A stretch of DNA of 63,981 nt, filler included, from Chiloscyllium plagiosum (taxonomy: Eukaryota): NCBI RefSeq assembly GCF_004010195.1. It is 4 parts of one record of this genome, joined end to end, with 100 filler letters (N's around TTAATTAATTAA, not from the genome) between each part and the next. Parts side by side here need not be neighbours in the genome. Positions count along the whole stretch, not along the records: positions 60,295 to 63,981 come from NC_057711.1; 3 more parts are not named here. The stretch is one strand, 5' to 3'. Below, piece by piece: positions 62,148-63,981 of this stretch. Numbering within the stretch: the first letter of the stretch is position 1; every line of letters begins with the position of its first letter. The notes beneath the pieces were generated by a model that searched no databases, was not told the origin of the DNA, and worked only from the letters and a program-made list of their open reading frames with translations. A program made the translations under genes and the position numbers.

Positions 62148-62782
62148 TGTTGAAGGAAATCTCGAGAGGCAGACCTCAAGCCTTAACCAGTTTATTACAC
62201 GATGCATCATGGGAAGCCTCTCCGTCCTAACCGTGGCTCGGTAGGGCACCGAAGTACAGCAGCAAGCTAAAGGGTTACATGTTATAAAAGCTCTGGCGGA
62301 GCTACAGGCTGATCGTTAGATAAATAGTGGCAGGATGGTTACGAGGTGGTCCCAAATCAGGGCCAAGCTCTCGGAGTGAGCTCTAATTGATGTTATGCAT
62401 TCCAGAAGTGGACAGGAATGAACGTTACCAACTACACTTCTGTTTACAAAAATCAATAGCAAAGTTAGGACAGATGTTCTTTATTAGAGGAACATTGCAA
62501 ACTAATTGGTGGGGTTTTGACCACTTGAGCAACTGAGCTACATGGTCGAGTAATACATCACAATGGGAAAACATTAAGCAGGCGACCAAGGCGCCTTGAA
62601 CAGAAACGCTACACTTCAGCATTACCTTCTAGTGAGAGAGGAACTAAGCTATGTCTGAGAGGCTGTGAGACAGCAACATAAAGCTTCATGCCAAGGACTA
62701 ACTTTCTGCGGGGCGAGTGGCATTTCAGCGAACTGGTTGCTTCACCGGTAGGGAAGCCATTAACAGCAAAATAGTTTCCACA
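62148..62782 (-). mobile_element. Probable 3' LTR of an endogenous retrovirus (about 635 bp)
   Basis: Minus strand TGTGGAA...TTCAACA (6/7 terminal inverted repeat); AATAAA about 45 nt from the end; purine run AAAAGAAAAAAAAAG just upstream; abruptly truncates the CR1. Confidence 0.55.
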
Positions 62783-63733
62783 AATACTTTTTTTTTCTTT
62801 TCATAATCGGTTAAACAGGTCAGGAGCTTCAGTAAAAGGTAGAATGTAATCACAGCCAGGAGATTGTCTGGACAGGGAGGCTCAGTATCGGGCAGATAGT
62901 CCTCAGAATAAGAGCATCAGCGCTGTTGGGTCTGGAGTCTGGGGCTCAGTGCCTTTGGCAACGAGAGGGATACTGATCAGCTGACTTTATAATGGGACGG
63001 AGGGCAGCAGCAGAGAAACAAAGCATCCACAACCCTGCTTAATGGAGCGATCAAGAACCGTGAGAAGTAAAAAAACAAGGAGAATAAATCCATTTTCGAG
63101 GGCGCTGCTGTAGAACCAGAACGATGAGCCCACACAACTCCACAAGTCCCACCGGGAGCATGGGCTCCCTTTGAGGCGGTATTGTCTTGTAAGGACTTTT
63201 GTGCAACCACTCGAATATTGCTTTGATTTTAACTAATGTGCAGATAGCTCGCTTTGCCGCCTCTGCTCCAAATTTCCCCGGCCCTAAGGCTTCGACTGGG
63301 TGTATCTGTGAATGTAAACTTTGAAGAGTTTGGATTAACTTGTGCAGATATTTCTTAATTGTTCACAACTGCTGTGGAAGTAGTATCAGAAGTTGAAAGG
63401 TTCCCATTCATCAACTAAACATATTTGTTATTAATAGACAAGTTTTGCAACAATGTACTAGATATAATTCTACAATATCAATTTGCAGACAAGTTATACG
63501 GCCAAACACGCAAGGGAGTGATTCGAGAACTCCCCCCTCGCCCCCCCCCCCCCCCCGCCCCTTGCCCAAGTGTGCGCATCTACGCTCATGATCAGTTAAA
63601 ATAGGCAGGATGCTTCAATAAGACTCCGTAATGGTGGGACACACCAAACTCAACGAGAGTCAGTCAGCAGTTTGGCAAATTTTCCTTTGGTTAGGATGCA
63701 AGCATGTTGGTCCTGGCGTTAGCACCAATTTAG

Positions 63734-63981
63734 TCACAAGGACTCTTCGCTCCTCAGTGGCCACATTTTCAAAGTAAAAGTAAGGGCCCGCCATTTGCCC
63801 TGGGGTTTTAGCTGGCTTAATCCCAGTCCCAAAGGTGTTGTACTTGGGCCCGCTGTTCCGTTTTCCAGGGTCCTGTCTGGAATGGGTTGCTCAACAGTGG
63901 ATGCTGGGCCGAAATCTGAGTTTGGTTCCATCTCCAATGAGTAGGTAGTCTCAATCAACCTCTTCAGTATTGGCACACGGG
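63734..63981 (-). CDS. Possible ERV env C-terminal tail; frame open to the window edge
   Basis: RVPILKRLIETT resembles the post-transmembrane ...QRLIETA segment of fish ERV Env; orientation and position agree with the LTR call. Confidence 0.4.
   Translation of the reverse strand, partial: RVPILKRLIETTYSLEMEPNSDFGPASTVEQPIPDRTLENGTAGPSTTPLGLGLSQLKPQGKWRALTFTLKMWPLRSEESL

Noticed and set aside
63531..63561. Poly-C run as the retroviral polypurine tract
   Set aside because: Not followed by a TG LTR start on the minus strand; the run at 62787-62801 fits better.

Overview
Repeat-saturated vertebrate non-coding DNA. The repeat set (HE1/V-SINEs, HER1-like CR1 LINEs, a Deu-domain SINE) points to a cartilaginous fish, probably a shark (inference). 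I recognise no host protein-coding exon, tRNA, rRNA or CRISPR array; nearly all ORFs in the track are transposon fragments, their antisense frames, or simple repeats. The window holds many CR1 LINE fragments, a second CR1/L2-group LINE, an old RTE LINE broken up by nested insertions over about 11 kb, Rex1/Babar ends, several SINE families, decayed Harbinger and Gypsy remnants, solo LTRs, the probable 3' end of an endogenous retrovirus at the right edge, a degenerate interstitial (TTAGGG)n tract, a 31-bp minisatellite and three artificial 100-bp scaffold linkers. The most notable signal is about 15 Penelope-like (PLE) insertions from at least four families. Most carry minimal type I hammerhead ribozyme motifs (CTGAnGA-stem II-GAAA-NUH). 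Several are 66-250 bp TSD-flanked cassettes, mostly near-perfect palindromes whose symmetry axis usually sits at the ribozyme. All calls were read by eye; boundaries are approximate unless TSDs are quoted.
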